Under the pieces are notes generated by a model that had not been told where the DNA came from, did not search any database, and was given only the letters and a program-made list of their open reading frames with translations. The translations under genes and the position numbers were made by a program. From NCBI GenBank assembly GCA_016214565.1, contig JACROE010000002.1, positions 856,007 to 920,006 of the forward strand: DNA of 64,000 nucleotides, read 5' to 3'. Each line of letters starts with the position of its first letter. Position 1 is the stretch's first letter. This DNA is from Candidatus Kerfeldbacteria bacterium (GTDB taxonomy: Bacteria; Patescibacteriota; Patescibacteriia; UBA10025; JAHIVO01). Below are positions 20,417 through 31,961 of the stretch, piece after piece.

Positions 20417-20459
20417 TTTATTGGCTAATATTAGCCCCATATAAACGTGTCAGGAATGC

Positions 20460-20488
20460 TTGGCAGGTGAGGTTTTTTCTGGTATAAT
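20460..20488 (+). promoter_or_regulatory. Near-consensus sigma70 promoter TTGGCA-17-TATAAT
   Basis: TTGGCA at 20460-20465 and TATAAT at 20483-20488. Lies upstream of the membrane protein/pheS genes. Confidence 0.5.
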
Positions 20489-20531
20489 TTCAGCAGGTTA
20501 GACTGCCTATTTTTTTTCACCAAAAGCTCCC

Positions 20532-20918
20532 ATGTCCCTGAAAAAGTACCTCATTATCATGACCACCGCCACGCTGGTTTCCTGGATTGCCTGGTTGTTT
20601 GTTTTCTTTTTTATCAATCCAAACGAAGCGGGATTCGTCGGTTTTGGGCTATTTTACCTCAGCATGCTATGCGCTTTGGTTGGGACGTTTTCACTGTTTG
20701 GCTTCTTTGTTCGAGTGTGGTTTACCAAGGAGCAAGTAATATTTCGGCACCTCGGGGTGGCCACGCGGCAGTCATTTTTCTTTTCGATTTTGATTATTGG
20801 CACCCTGATGCTACAAGGGGCACGGATGCTCCAGTGGTGGACGGTGCTACTTTTGATTCTTTTTCTTACTATCATGGAATTTTTCTTTATTTCCCGAGCC
20901 GCGCCGCGGCGAAATTAG
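20532..20918 (+). CDS. Polytopic small membrane protein (hypothetical)
   Basis: 128 aa with 4 predicted TM helices. Confidence 0.4.
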   Translation: MSLKKYLIIMTTATLVSWIAWLFVFFFINPNEAGFVGFGLFYLSMLCALVGTFSLFGFFVRVWFTKEQVIFRHLGVATRQSFFFSILIIGTLMLQGARMLQWWTVLLLILFLTIMEFFFISRAAPRRN

Positions 20919-20921
20919 TCT

Positions 20922-21929
20922 ATGCATGATACGCTGAAAAAAATTCAACAGGAAACACTGCACCGGCTGACAACGATTTCGAGCCAAGCTGAATTGGAGT
21001 CTTTGGAGATTGCGGTGCTTGGCCGTAAAGGTTCACTGGCTGCGGCTATGCGGCAGATTACCGATTTGCCGGTGAGTGAACGCCCTCGCGCTGGCCAGCT
21101 GGCGAATCAGGTGAAACAAGAAATTACCCGAGCGATTGTTGCTGCCAGTAAACGATTTGCGCGCGGTGCTGAACAGGTGCCGGTCATTGACGTGACCTGG
21201 CCGGGTGCGGCGTATCCCCTGGGGCACATTCATCCGATTACGCAATTTGTCAACGAGATCGTAGATATTTTTAGTGGTATGGGATTTTCTGTGGTTGAAG
21301 GCACCGAGGTTGAAACTGCCGAATACAATTTTGACTTGCTCAATATCCCGAAAAATCATCCAGCGCGTGATCTCTGGGACACCTATTACATTGAAAAGAA
21401 TTTATTACTGCGAACGCATACCTCGCCGGTCCAGCTGCGCGCCATGACGAAATTGAAAGCGCCAGTGCGCATTATTGCTCCGGGACGCGTCTTCCGCCAT
21501 GAAGCCACTGACGCCGGACATGAATCGATGTTTTACCAGTGCGAGGGTTTGGTGATCGATAAACATATTTCCGTGGCACATCTGATCGGTACTTTGGATC
21601 AATTATTGAAAGCGGTGTATGGCAAACAGGTAAAGACCCGCGTGCGACCTGAGTATTATCCGTTTGTCGAACCAGGATTAGACGTGGACATGCAGTGCTT
21701 GATTTGCAATGGCGTCGGCTGCTCGGTGTGCAAACAGCGCGGCTGGCTGGAAATGCTGGGCTCGGGCATGGTGCATCCGCAGGTGCTGAAGAATATGGGC
21801 GTGGATCCCGAAAAATATTCTGGGTTCGCTTTTGGTCTGGGCATCGATCGGCTGATGATGCTGAAACACGGAATCAATGATATCCGCCTGTCATACAGCG
21901 GGGATCTCAGGTTTCTTGAGCAGTTTTAG
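20922..21929 (+). CDS. pheS: Phenylalanine--tRNA ligase alpha subunit
   Basis: Class II aaRS motifs (FRHEATDAGHESMFYQCEGL, GLGIDRLMML). Confidence 0.92.
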   Translation: MHDTLKKIQQETLHRLTTISSQAELESLEIAVLGRKGSLAAAMRQITDLPVSERPRAGQLANQVKQEITRAIVAASKRFARGAEQVPVIDVTWPGAAYPLGHIHPITQFVNEIVDIFSGMGFSVVEGTEVETAEYNFDLLNIPKNHPARDLWDTYYIEKNLLLRTHTSPVQLRAMTKLKAPVRIIAPGRVFRHEATDAGHESMFYQCEGLVIDKHISVAHLIGTLDQLLKAVYGKQVKTRVRPEYYPFVEPGLDVDMQCLICNGVGCSVCKQRGWLEMLGSGMVHPQVLKNMGVDPEKYSGFAFGLGIDRLMMLKHGINDIRLSYSGDLRFLEQF

Positions 21930-21999
21930 TTTTGAGAAGGTAGTAAAGATGAGTAGCTTGTGTAGAGTTTTATGAGTAGGTAGCTCGAAGGAGTAGGTT

Positions 22000-22418
22000 G
22001 TAAGTAGTTATTAAGAGAAAAATTGTGGCGAAAAATTTCGAAAATTTAAAAGTCTGGCAAGAAAGCGTTGATTTGGTGAGTTTAATTTATCGTGAAACAA
22101 AAAGATTTCCTCAAGCTGAACAATTTGGGTTAACCAGTCAGATTAGGCGTGCCGTTGTCTCTGTGCCATCGAATATTGCTGAGGGAGCCGGACGGTCATC
22201 CAGGCCAGAATTTATCCGATTTATTAATATTTCCCTAGGTTCTCTCAATGAAGTTGAAAGTTTGATACATGTATCGGTGAAACTTAATTTTATTTCAGAG
22301 AAAACCTTTCAACAATTAAAAGATAAAATTAATCAACTAGGTATTTCATTAGGTGCGTTTAAAAGGTATTTAGCACACCATTCATAAACTACCTTCTACA
22401 ATCTCTTAAACTACTTAC
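22000..22418 (+). mobile_element. IVS-like cassette carrying one four-helix-bundle gene, bounded by roughly 18-bp inverted repeats
   Basis: Left arm GTAAGTAGTTATTAAGAGA (22000-22018) and right arm TCTCTTAAACTACTTAC (22403-22418) are reverse complements (17/19). A second inverted pair GAAGGTAGT (21936-21944) / ACTACCTTC (22388-22396) is present. The flank carries reiterated GAGTAGG motifs. Confidence 0.45.
22025..22387 (+). CDS. Four-helix-bundle protein (23S rRNA intervening-sequence protein family, TIGR02436-like), GTG start
   Basis: 120 aa with hallmark motifs: LKVWQ..., FP..E.FGLTSQIRRA..S...NIAEG..R.S..EF..F..I.LGSL.E. Confidence 0.75.
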   Translation: MAKNFENLKVWQESVDLVSLIYRETKRFPQAEQFGLTSQIRRAVVSVPSNIAEGAGRSSRPEFIRFINISLGSLNEVESLIHVSVKLNFISEKTFQQLKDKINQLGISLGAFKRYLAHHS

Positions 22419-22423
22419 TCATC

Positions 22424-24775
22424 ATGCTGCTCCCAATCAAATGGCTCAAAGAATACGTGACAGTCAAGCAAACGCCAGCCCAGGTGGCGGAAGTGTTGAC
22501 CTTGGCGGGATTTGAGGTGGAGCGCATTATTCCGCCGAATCACGCGTTGGACGCGGTGGTCGTGGGCGAGATTAAAACGATTATTGATCATGCTGAGGCA
22601 GATCGTTTGTGCGTCTGTACGGTGGCGATTGGCAAGCGCGGCACCGAAACTATTGTCTGTGGCGCGAAAAACATCAAGCCAGGGGACAAAGTACCAGTGG
22701 CCTTGCCTGGCACTACGTTGCCAAATGGTATGACGATTGAGAAACGGATGATCCGCGGAATAGAATCACACGGCATGTTGTGTGCGGCAGATGAACTAGG
22801 ACTCGGAGATGATCATGGCGGAATTTTTATTCTTGATGCTAGCGCACCATTGGGACAGAAATTACCCGTGACATTAGGTCTGCATGACGCAGTTTTGGAT
22901 ATCAATGTGCCGCCGCAGCGTGCGGACGCGCAATCCTTAATTGGTATGGCACGCGAGTATGCCGCGTTGACCAATCAAACCGTTAAGCTCCCGAAAGTGA
23001 CAATCGCCGAAGCCAAAGGCCGCCAACAGAAATTCACGGTCAAAGTCCGCGATACCGTCGGTTGCCCGAAATACACGGCGCGGGTATTGCGCAATATTAC
23101 CGTCGGTCCGTCACCGGTGTGGCTGCAAAACCGATTGCGCGCTGCCGGACATACGCCGATTAATAATATTGTTGACGTGACTAATTTTGTGATGCTGGAA
23201 ATGGGCCAGCCAATGCATGCCTTTGATGCAGAACATATTGAAGGGCATACCATAATCGTAAAAACAGCCGGCCGCGCCCAATCGTTTGTTACCCTGGATG
23301 GCGTGGAGCGGAAATTACCCAGCACTGCCTTGATGATTAATGACGCGAAAAAAACATTAGCCATTGCCGGCATCATGGGTGGCCAGCAGACGGCTATTTC
23401 AAACAAGACGAAAACAATTGTATTAGAATCAGCAATTTTTAAACCGTTATCTGTCCGCATAACCCGCCAGCATCTATCGTTAGCCACCGATGCCTCAATG
23501 CGTTTTGAGCGCTGCATCTGGTGGGGATTGCCGGAAGCAGCACTTGATCGTGCCACGCAATTGATTCAGGAATGCGCCGGTGGCGTGGTTGCCTCGCCGC
23601 GCATTATCGTGGCTCGCCAGCCGGTGGAAAAATCAAAAACGGTGGCAGTCAATCCAGAAACCATCCGCCAATTAATCGGCACGGCTATTGCTGATGCGGT
23701 GATGCAAAAATCATTAGAGCGATTAGGTTTTGTTGTTGCTGTAAAACGTCCTGACCAATGGCAGGTGAGCGCGCCGGCCTGGCGCAGCGATATTCATCTG
23801 ATGGCGGATGTGGTGGAAGAAATTGGGCGCAGCTATGGTTGGAATCGATTAGCCGCCAAACCATTAGCCCATGCTTCACAACCGGTGGCGCATGCACCGG
23901 AATTCTTGGCACGCAGGCGGGTGGTCAATATTTTACGCGCGTGCGATTTGATTGAAACGTATAATTATTCGACGTATGGCGCCGATGTCATTGAGCAGTT
24001 TGACTGGGAGACGAAGGATCATTATCAAGTGATGAATCCGATGAATGCCGAGCAGGCATATCTGCGTATGAGTTTAGTGCCCGGATTATATTTAAATCTT
24101 TTACAAACGTATCAAGAGCGGCCGCAGCTTCAGCTCACCGAGATTGGTCGGGTTTTTTACAAAACAAATCGTCCTATGCCTGAGGAGCGCGTGATGATCG
24201 CGGCGTTGCTGTATGATCGTACGGCCAAGCGCGGCACGCCCGGCCCGATTCATGAATTGCAGGGTATCATACAGACCCTAGTCAAAGAATTAGGCATTTC
24301 ACTTAATGAATTGCAATTCGCCGTTAATTCTGACCGGGCTCGGGTGGTTGATGTCATGCTCGGGGGGAGTATCATCGGCTGGTACGGTTGGTTGATCCAG
24401 CACGAGCAAAAGCTAGGCGTTCCGCCAGTGTGGTTTGAAATTGATCTAGCAAAATTAATGAGCCATGTTCCTGCGGTGCGACGCTATCAGCCGATCGTTA
24501 ATTATCCGAGCGTGATTCGCGATATGACCTTTGCCACGCCTATTGCGGTTTCATTTTTCAAAATGCGCGATGCAATACAGAATATGTCACCTTTGATTCA
24601 GAGCGTGGAAGCACGCGCGGTGTACCCACTGGATGAGGCTACGCGGCGCGCTACTATTCGCATTAAATATCAGTCTGCCGAGCGTACGTTGCACACCGAT
24701 GACGTGGATTCCCTCCAAACCAAGATTGTCAGTATGATGGAGCACCATTTCCAAGCAATTCTTGCCGAAAAATAA
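22424..24775 (+). CDS. pheT: Phenylalanine--tRNA ligase beta subunit
   Basis: 783 aa with N-terminal tRNA-binding, B3/4, B5 and anticodon-binding domains. The WLKEYV start motif is present. Confidence 0.9.
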   Translation: MLLPIKWLKEYVTVKQTPAQVAEVLTLAGFEVERIIPPNHALDAVVVGEIKTIIDHAEADRLCVCTVAIGKRGTETIVCGAKNIKPGDKVPVALPGTTLPNGMTIEKRMIRGIESHGMLCAADELGLGDDHGGIFILDASAPLGQKLPVTLGLHDAVLDINVPPQRADAQSLIGMAREYAALTNQTVKLPKVTIAEAKGRQQKFTVKVRDTVGCPKYTARVLRNITVGPSPVWLQNRLRAAGHTPINNIVDVTNFVMLEMGQPMHAFDAEHIEGHTIIVKTAGRAQSFVTLDGVERKLPSTALMINDAKKTLAIAGIMGGQQTAISNKTKTIVLESAIFKPLSVRITRQHLSLATDASMRFERCIWWGLPEAALDRATQLIQECAGGVVASPRIIVARQPVEKSKTVAVNPETIRQLIGTAIADAVMQKSLERLGFVVAVKRPDQWQVSAPAWRSDIHLMADVVEEIGRSYGWNRLAAKPLAHASQPVAHAPEFLARRRVVNILRACDLIETYNYSTYGADVIEQFDWETKDHYQVMNPMNAEQAYLRMSLVPGLYLNLLQTYQERPQLQLTEIGRVFYKTNRPMPEERVMIAALLYDRTAKRGTPGPIHELQGIIQTLVKELGISLNELQFAVNSDRARVVDVMLGGSIIGWYGWLIQHEQKLGVPPVWFEIDLAKLMSHVPAVRRYQPIVNYPSVIRDMTFATPIAVSFFKMRDAIQNMSPLIQSVEARAVYPLDEATRRATIRIKYQSAERTLHTDDVDSLQTKIVSMMEHHFQAILAEK

Positions 24776-24811
24776 TTATACGTAATTAATAATCAAACAA
24801 ATCAGCATTAA

Positions 24812-26893
<2,082 letters not shown>

Positions 26894-26902
26894 ATTGAGT
26901 GT

Positions 26903-27075
26903 AGCCACTTTTCTTAGCGCCTGGTATCTTGTTACTTTTCTTGGCAGCAATAATACCATTTCGCCATTTTCTTAGCGCCAAGAAAAGTGGCAGAAAAGAA
27001 GCGCTGGGATTTTTATTCGCGAGGTACTAATATACGTAGTGCATGATTGGATGGGCACAGGAAAAATCCCAGACC
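26903..27075. repeat. Structured intergenic region with nested inverted/direct repeats
   Basis: GCCACTTTTCTTAGCGCC appears at 26903-26921, then GCCATTTTCTTAGCGCC, then AAGAAAAGTGGC (reverse complement of the first 12 nt). CTGGGATTTTT at about 27004 pairs with AAAAATCCCAG at about 27063. Confidence 0.35.
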
Positions 27076-27110
27076 CTTATTCTCATTGAGTAACGGCTGC
27101 AAAATTTTTT

Positions 27111-27812
27111 ATGAATAAGGCTCAATTAGAACAAGTTACAAAAGCCTTGCGCATTGTTGAGCAGGCGTTTGTGTCAGTGAAACGGGAGTTACACCTTGGT
27201 GTCACAGAAATTCAGATCGCACGGTGGCTGAAAAAATATTTTAAGGATGCTGGCTATCCACGATTGGCGTTTCCTAGTATTGTGGCGTTCGGCACCAATG
27301 CCGCCGTGCCGCACCACGTCCCGACTGCCCGCCCGTTGCGTAGCGGCGTGACCGTCAAAATTGACTGCGGTGTCCGCGTGGCGAGTGCTTGCACTGATGT
27401 GACACGGACATTTTGGTTTGGCAAACCAAACGCATTATTTCGCCGGCGGTATCGGGCAGTACTTGAAGCGCAACGCCTCGCTATTGCTGCCGTACGCCCG
27501 TGTGTGTTGGGAAGTACGGTTGACCAGGTGGCGCGGGGCTATTTGCGGGAGCAGGGGATTGGTAACTACTTTATTCATGGCACGGGCCATGGCATCGGCT
27601 TTCGCATTCACCAAAAGCCGTACTTGAGTCCCAAGCGGGGCAGCGGCAGGTTGCAGAGCGGCCAGCTGGTGACCGTGGAACCGGGGGTGTATTTCCCAGC
27701 TTGGGGCGGTATCCGGGTAGAGGATATGGTGCTGGTAACCGATCGAGGCAGACAGATATTATCCCCTAATATTCAAAAAATGCCCAATAAAATTGAGATT
27801 TCTCCACATTGA
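27111..27812 (+). CDS. M24-family metallopeptidase (Xaa-Pro/methionine aminopeptidase-like catalytic domain only)
   Basis: Pita-bread fold metal ligands: D...D, HGTGHGIG, and E...E in VTVEPGVYF / IRVEDMV. Confidence 0.7.
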   Translation: MNKAQLEQVTKALRIVEQAFVSVKRELHLGVTEIQIARWLKKYFKDAGYPRLAFPSIVAFGTNAAVPHHVPTARPLRSGVTVKIDCGVRVASACTDVTRTFWFGKPNALFRRRYRAVLEAQRLAIAAVRPCVLGSTVDQVARGYLREQGIGNYFIHGTGHGIGFRIHQKPYLSPKRGSGRLQSGQLVTVEPGVYFPAWGGIRVEDMVLVTDRGRQILSPNIQKMPNKIEISPH

Positions 27813-27892
27813 CAGCTTTTGGGGCGGGGTGTAGTATGGTAAATACAAATCCCCTCCGAAACGAACTGAGGGGTTTTAAAGACCGAAAAACT

Positions 27893-28078
27893 ATGGCAAA
27901 CCGCATTATTTCCTATATTCGCGAGTCCCGGGATGAGCTCAAAAAGGTTCTCTGGCCATCCAAGGCAGAGACCGTGAAATATACCTTACTGGTCGTGGGT
28001 ATTAGTCTCGGGGTGGCACTTTTCTTAGGTGCTGTTGATTTCGGGCTTAATTTATTAGTTGAGAAATTGATCGTCTAG
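27893..28078 (+). CDS. secE: Preprotein translocase subunit SecE
   Basis: 61 aa: a single C-terminal TM after a KKV.WP basic segment. Immediately precedes nusG in the canonical secE-nusG order. Confidence 0.6.
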   Translation: MANRIISYIRESRDELKKVLWPSKAETVKYTLLVVGISLGVALFLGAVDFGLNLLVEKLIV

Positions 28079-28084
28079 GTATTT

Positions 28085-28630
28085 ATGCCGAAGCAAACAC
28101 TTCAACAAGGCCGTCGCTGGTACGTCCTCCACACCTATTCTGGGTATGAAGAAAACGTGGCGCGCAACCTCCGTCAGCGTATTGAGTCCATGGACATGCA
28201 GGACAAAATTTTTAACGTGCTGATTCCTACAGAAAACAAGATTAAGATTAAGAACGGCAAACGTCGCGTGGTCACTGAAAAGATTTTTCCAGGATATGTA
28301 TTAGTTGAAATGGTAGTGACTGATGATTCCTGGTACGTGGTGCGAAATACGCCGAACGTCACCGGTTTTGTCGGTTCTGGTACGACCCCGACTCCTATTT
28401 CCGAAGATGAAGTCAAAGAAATTCAGCGGCGCATGGGCGTGGAAGAGCCGAAATACAAGATTGACGTCAATCAAGGTACGCCAGTGAAGATTACTGATGG
28501 ACCGTTCAAAGAATACGAAGGTAAAGTCAGCGAAGTGGACGAAGCGCGCGGCAAAGTGAAGGTGCTGGTGGCTATGTTCGGCCGCGAAACGCCTATTGAA
28601 CTCGACTTTCTTCAAATCAAAAAGATATAG
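28085..28630 (+). CDS. nusG: Transcription termination/antitermination factor NusG
   Basis: NGN domain (WYVLHTYSGYE) and a C-terminal KOW motif. Confidence 0.9.
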   Translation: MPKQTLQQGRRWYVLHTYSGYEENVARNLRQRIESMDMQDKIFNVLIPTENKIKIKNGKRRVVTEKIFPGYVLVEMVVTDDSWYVVRNTPNVTGFVGSGTTPTPISEDEVKEIQRRMGVEEPKYKIDVNQGTPVKITDGPFKEYEGKVSEVDEARGKVKVLVAMFGRETPIELDFLQIKKI

Positions 28631-28648
28631 TTTGATAATTTCTAATTA

Positions 28649-28695
28649 AGAATTTCTAATTTCTAATCTTAACGCTTCTTTAGAAATTAGGAATT
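28649..28695 (+). promoter_or_regulatory. AT-rich perfect 11-bp palindrome hairpin in the nusG-rplK spacer (candidate L11-operon leader/attenuator)
   Basis: CTAATTTCTAA-N12-TTAGAAATTAG, with TTTCTAAT repeated three times. Confidence 0.3.
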
Positions 28696-28717
28696 AGTTA
28701 TTCGACATTCTACATAT

Positions 28718-29143
28718 ATGGCAGGCAAACCAATCAAAACAATGGTGAAAATTCAGCTGCCGGCTGGCAAGGCAACTCCGGCGCCTCCCGTCGGTACCGC
28801 ACTTGGGCCACACGGGCTGAACATTCAGGATTTCTGCACGAAATTTAACGCGCAGACAAAAGATAAAATGGGAGACATTATCCCGGTGGAAATTACGATC
28901 TTTGAAGATCGGACATTTACATTTATTTTAAAAACTCCTCCAGCCGCCGAATTGCTGAAAAAAGCCGCCGGTATCCAAAAAGGATCCAGCGACCCGCTCA
29001 AGATTAAAGTGGGTTCAGTCACTCGGGCACAGCTTGAGGAAATCGCCAAAATAAAAATGGTTGATTTGAACGCGGGCAGTCTCGATGCCGCGGTTAATAT
29101 CATTGCCGGTACTGCTCGTAATATGGGCATAACCATTAAATAA
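28718..29143 (+). CDS. rplK: 50S ribosomal protein L11
   Basis: 141 aa with the conserved PPVGPALG motif. Confidence 0.93.
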   Translation: MAGKPIKTMVKIQLPAGKATPAPPVGTALGPHGLNIQDFCTKFNAQTKDKMGDIIPVEITIFEDRTFTFILKTPPAAELLKKAAGIQKGSSDPLKIKVGSVTRAQLEEIAKIKMVDLNAGSLDAAVNIIAGTARNMGITIK

Positions 29144-29152
29144 CGATTCTTT

Positions 29153-30151
29153 ATGGATTCGTTTACAAACATGATAGGCTTTCTAATCCCATTCGGCATG
29201 CTAGCGCTGCTCGCCTGCGCTATTGCTGCCATAATCGAAGGAAAAAATATGACTAAGAAAGGTTCCGTCATTCGTAGTCTGTACTTTTATCTGGCTTCAT
29301 TGGTGACCCTTGCCATTGTGGTTGGATCGGTTATTTTCCTGATTAACCTCGGTTTGAAGGTGTGGGTCTTTACTGATGCGAATACGAATGCTAATTACTA
29401 CGGCCCACCACCGTCATTATCACTTGACTCAGGTACCACGACTGACCCGGCAAAAGTTGAAGCCGGCACACCGACCGTACTTGCCTGCACCAGTGATTGC
29501 ACTCTGACCGCTATCCAAAAAGAGAGTATTGAATCATGGAAAACCAGCTATACCTCATGGCAGGACTCGGTGAAAAACGTCAACGGCCGCAACGCCCGTG
29601 ACGCCGTGGCTGCGCTTTCATTCTTGATCGTTGCTTTACCGTTCTTCATTATTCATTACCGAATTGTTCAACGAGACCATAAGAATGCCGCAGAAGAAGA
29701 AAAAGATAAATTAGTCATCCGCCCTACCTATTTCTACTTCGTATCACTTGGTTCGTTATTGATGATTGTCATCGCCGGTGGTTTCTTGATTAATTTGGTG
29801 CTGAAGACCTGGGTGTTCCCGGCTGCCGGGGAAGCAGACGATCAGGCTTCACGCATATATGCCACCGAACAAACCCTAGCTACTGAAAAATCCGCGGTGG
29901 TCAGTATCACTGAATGCGGCGCTAAATGTGGTTTGGATGCAGAAACGGTAGCGCTGGCAAGCCAGTGGGTGACTGACTATGATAACTGGCAGAAAGAATC
30001 AAATGACAATAATAACGTGCATCGCCAAGCAGCCGGCTCGATTCCCTATATTCTCGTTGGTTTGCCCTTACTCTGGTATCACTGGTCAGCAGTGCGTCGG
30101 GAAGCGAAGGATAAGAAAGTTGTCACGCCAGTTCCTCCAACACAATCATAA
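29153..30151 (+). CDS. Membrane protein with internal tandem duplication (hypothetical), inserted between rplK and rplA
   Basis: 332 aa. Two similar modules, each a 2-TM unit (YFYLASLVTLAIVVGSVIFLINLGLKVWVF / YFYFVSLGSLLMIVIAGGFLINLVLKTWVF) plus a Cys-pair loop (ACTSDCT...SWQDS / ECGAKCG...NWQKES). Confidence 0.5.
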   Translation: MDSFTNMIGFLIPFGMLALLACAIAAIIEGKNMTKKGSVIRSLYFYLASLVTLAIVVGSVIFLINLGLKVWVFTDANTNANYYGPPPSLSLDSGTTTDPAKVEAGTPTVLACTSDCTLTAIQKESIESWKTSYTSWQDSVKNVNGRNARDAVAALSFLIVALPFFIIHYRIVQRDHKNAAEEEKDKLVIRPTYFYFVSLGSLLMIVIAGGFLINLVLKTWVFPAAGEADDQASRIYATEQTLATEKSAVVSITECGAKCGLDAETVALASQWVTDYDNWQKESNDNNNVHRQAAGSIPYILVGLPLLWYHWSAVRREAKDKKVVTPVPPTQS

Positions 30152-30218
30152 CTAATTATTATTTTGTGGGACTGTCCGGTTCGTTGCCGGGTGGGTTCGC
30201 ACCACGAAAGGAATCTCT

Positions 30219-30899
30219 ATGAAACGATCTAAGAAATACGAAGCTGCCCTGAAGCTCGTTGATCAGAATAAGCAGTATGCACCGGCTGACGCGTTTGCGC
30301 TCGTTCCACAAACCAGCGCCACTAAGTTTGACGCAGGTGTGGAAGTGCATATTCGTCTCGGCATTGATCCGAAGAAAGCAGAACAAATGGTTCGCGGCTC
30401 TGTAGTATTACCGCACGGCACCGGCAAGAAGAAACGTATTGCCGTTTTTTGCGAGGAAAAGGATCAAGCCGCTGCGAAAGCCGCAGGCGCTGATTTGGTT
30501 GGCGGTGAAGAATTAATCAAAGAAATCAAAACCACCAACGTGATTGATTTTGACATTGCCGTCGCTACCCCTGCCATCATGAAGAGCATGGGGCCGATTG
30601 CTAAGATTCTCGGGCCCAAAGGTCTGATGCCGAATCCGCGCAATGAAACCGTGACTCCGAAAATCGCGGAGGCAGTCAAGGCCTTAAGCGGGGGCAAGAT
30701 TACGTTCCGTAATGACGACACCGGCAATATTCATCAGTTGATCGGTCGGGTTTCATTTGGCTCGGAAAAACTACTCCAAAACTATGAAGCCTTCCTGGAT
30801 GCTATTCGTCGGGTCAAACCCAATACGGTCAAAGGTAGCTATCTCCAAAACATCACCATCTCCAGCAGCATGGGGCCGGGGATACACGTCAAAGCCTAA
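30219..30899 (+). CDS. rplA: 50S ribosomal protein L1
   Basis: 226 aa; the full length matches L1. Confidence 0.93.
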   Translation: MKRSKKYEAALKLVDQNKQYAPADAFALVPQTSATKFDAGVEVHIRLGIDPKKAEQMVRGSVVLPHGTGKKKRIAVFCEEKDQAAAKAAGADLVGGEELIKEIKTTNVIDFDIAVATPAIMKSMGPIAKILGPKGLMPNPRNETVTPKIAEAVKALSGGKITFRNDDTGNIHQLIGRVSFGSEKLLQNYEAFLDAIRRVKPNTVKGSYLQNITISSSMGPGIHVKA

Positions 30900-30921
30900 C
30901 CATTCATCATTCATATCAATT

Positions 30922-31416
30922 ATGAAAAGCCGCGCACAGTATATCTCGTGGGACGAATGTTTTATGCGCATGGCGCATGTCATCGCAGAGCGATCGAAGG
31001 ATCCAAGCACGCAGGCCGGTGCCGTAATTGCGAATGCACAAAATGTCGTGGTGGGCTTGGGTTACAATGGTTGGCCGCGCGGCATTGAGGATGATGCGTT
31101 GCCCTGGGAGCGCAGTGGTGAAAATTTACCAGACACAAAATACGCCTACGTTGTACATGCGGAGGAAAATGCGGTGTATAATGCTAATGCCAATACCGAA
31201 GGCGGAAAAATTTACACCACGTTATTTCCCTGCAATGAGTGCGCTAAGACCATTATTCAGACGGGCATCAAAGAGGTGATCTATGAAAGTGATAAATACC
31301 ATGACGAACCAGTCTGGGTGGCTTCACGTAAATTGTTTGACCTCGCGGGAGTGAAATGCCGCCAGTACCATTCGGATTGGTCGGACGTGAAGATTCCTCA
31401 TAAGCATCAATCATAA
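30922..31416 (+). CDS. dCMP deaminase (ComEB-like cytidine/deoxycytidylate deaminase)
   Basis: Zinc motifs HAEENA and PCNECAK. Confidence 0.8.
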   Translation: MKSRAQYISWDECFMRMAHVIAERSKDPSTQAGAVIANAQNVVVGLGYNGWPRGIEDDALPWERSGENLPDTKYAYVVHAEENAVYNANANTEGGKIYTTLFPCNECAKTIIQTGIKEVIYESDKYHDEPVWVASRKLFDLAGVKCRQYHSDWSDVKIPHKHQS

Positions 31417-31417
31417 T

Positions 31418-31960
31418 ATGATTATTGGATTAGTTGGACCATTAGCCACCGGCAAGGGTACGATTACCGAATACCTCGTGAAACAGCACGGTGCAAAAGC
31501 CGTGAAGTTCTCACAACCCTTGCGCGACATGATTAACCGCTGCTACGTCCACGAAACCCGCGAAGCCATGTCTCAGCTGGCGCAACTGATGCGAGCGAAT
31601 TATGGCAATGATATTTTGGTCAAAACATTGATCAAAGATCTAGAAAAAATGGATGTGCCCATCGCCGTGTTTGATGGTATTCGGTATTTTGACGAATACA
31701 ATGCCCTGCGCGAGCGGAAAGATTTTCGATTATGGGCAGTCGCAACTGACTTAACCGTTCGCCATAGCCGTATCGTCAAGCGGGGAGAGAATGCGGGCGA
31801 AGCTGATCTGACCCTGGATCAATTCAAAGCGCAGCACGAATTGCCCACTGAACTGGCGATTCCGGACATTATGCAGAAGGCCGACGTCACCATCAATAAC
31901 AACGGCTCAATGGAAGAGCTGTACGCCCAGATTGATGCATTGGTTGCCAAGCTGAAATAA
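31418..31960 (+). CDS. P-loop nucleotide kinase, dNMP-kinase-like
   Basis: Walker A GPLATGKGT. Sits between the dCMP deaminase and dut. Family assignment is inference. Confidence 0.45.
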   Translation: MIIGLVGPLATGKGTITEYLVKQHGAKAVKFSQPLRDMINRCYVHETREAMSQLAQLMRANYGNDILVKTLIKDLEKMDVPIAVFDGIRYFDEYNALRERKDFRLWAVATDLTVRHSRIVKRGENAGEADLTLDQFKAQHELPTELAIPDIMQKADVTINNNGSMEELYAQIDALVAKLK

Positions 31961-31961
31961 T

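Noticed and set aside
27813-27892. Expected a tRNA-Trp immediately upstream of secE, the common arrangement
   Set aside because: The sequence there forms only a simple hairpin plus T-run (CCCCTC...GAGGGG TTTT), a terminator for the peptidase gene. There is no cloverleaf, and the real tRNA-Trp is at 62893-62967.
28640-28700. Short tandem TTTCTAAT repeats, as a possible CRISPR or mini-array
   Set aside because: There are only three 8-nt copies, no spacer structure and no cas genes. It is better explained as an AT-rich palindromic hairpin in the rplK leader.
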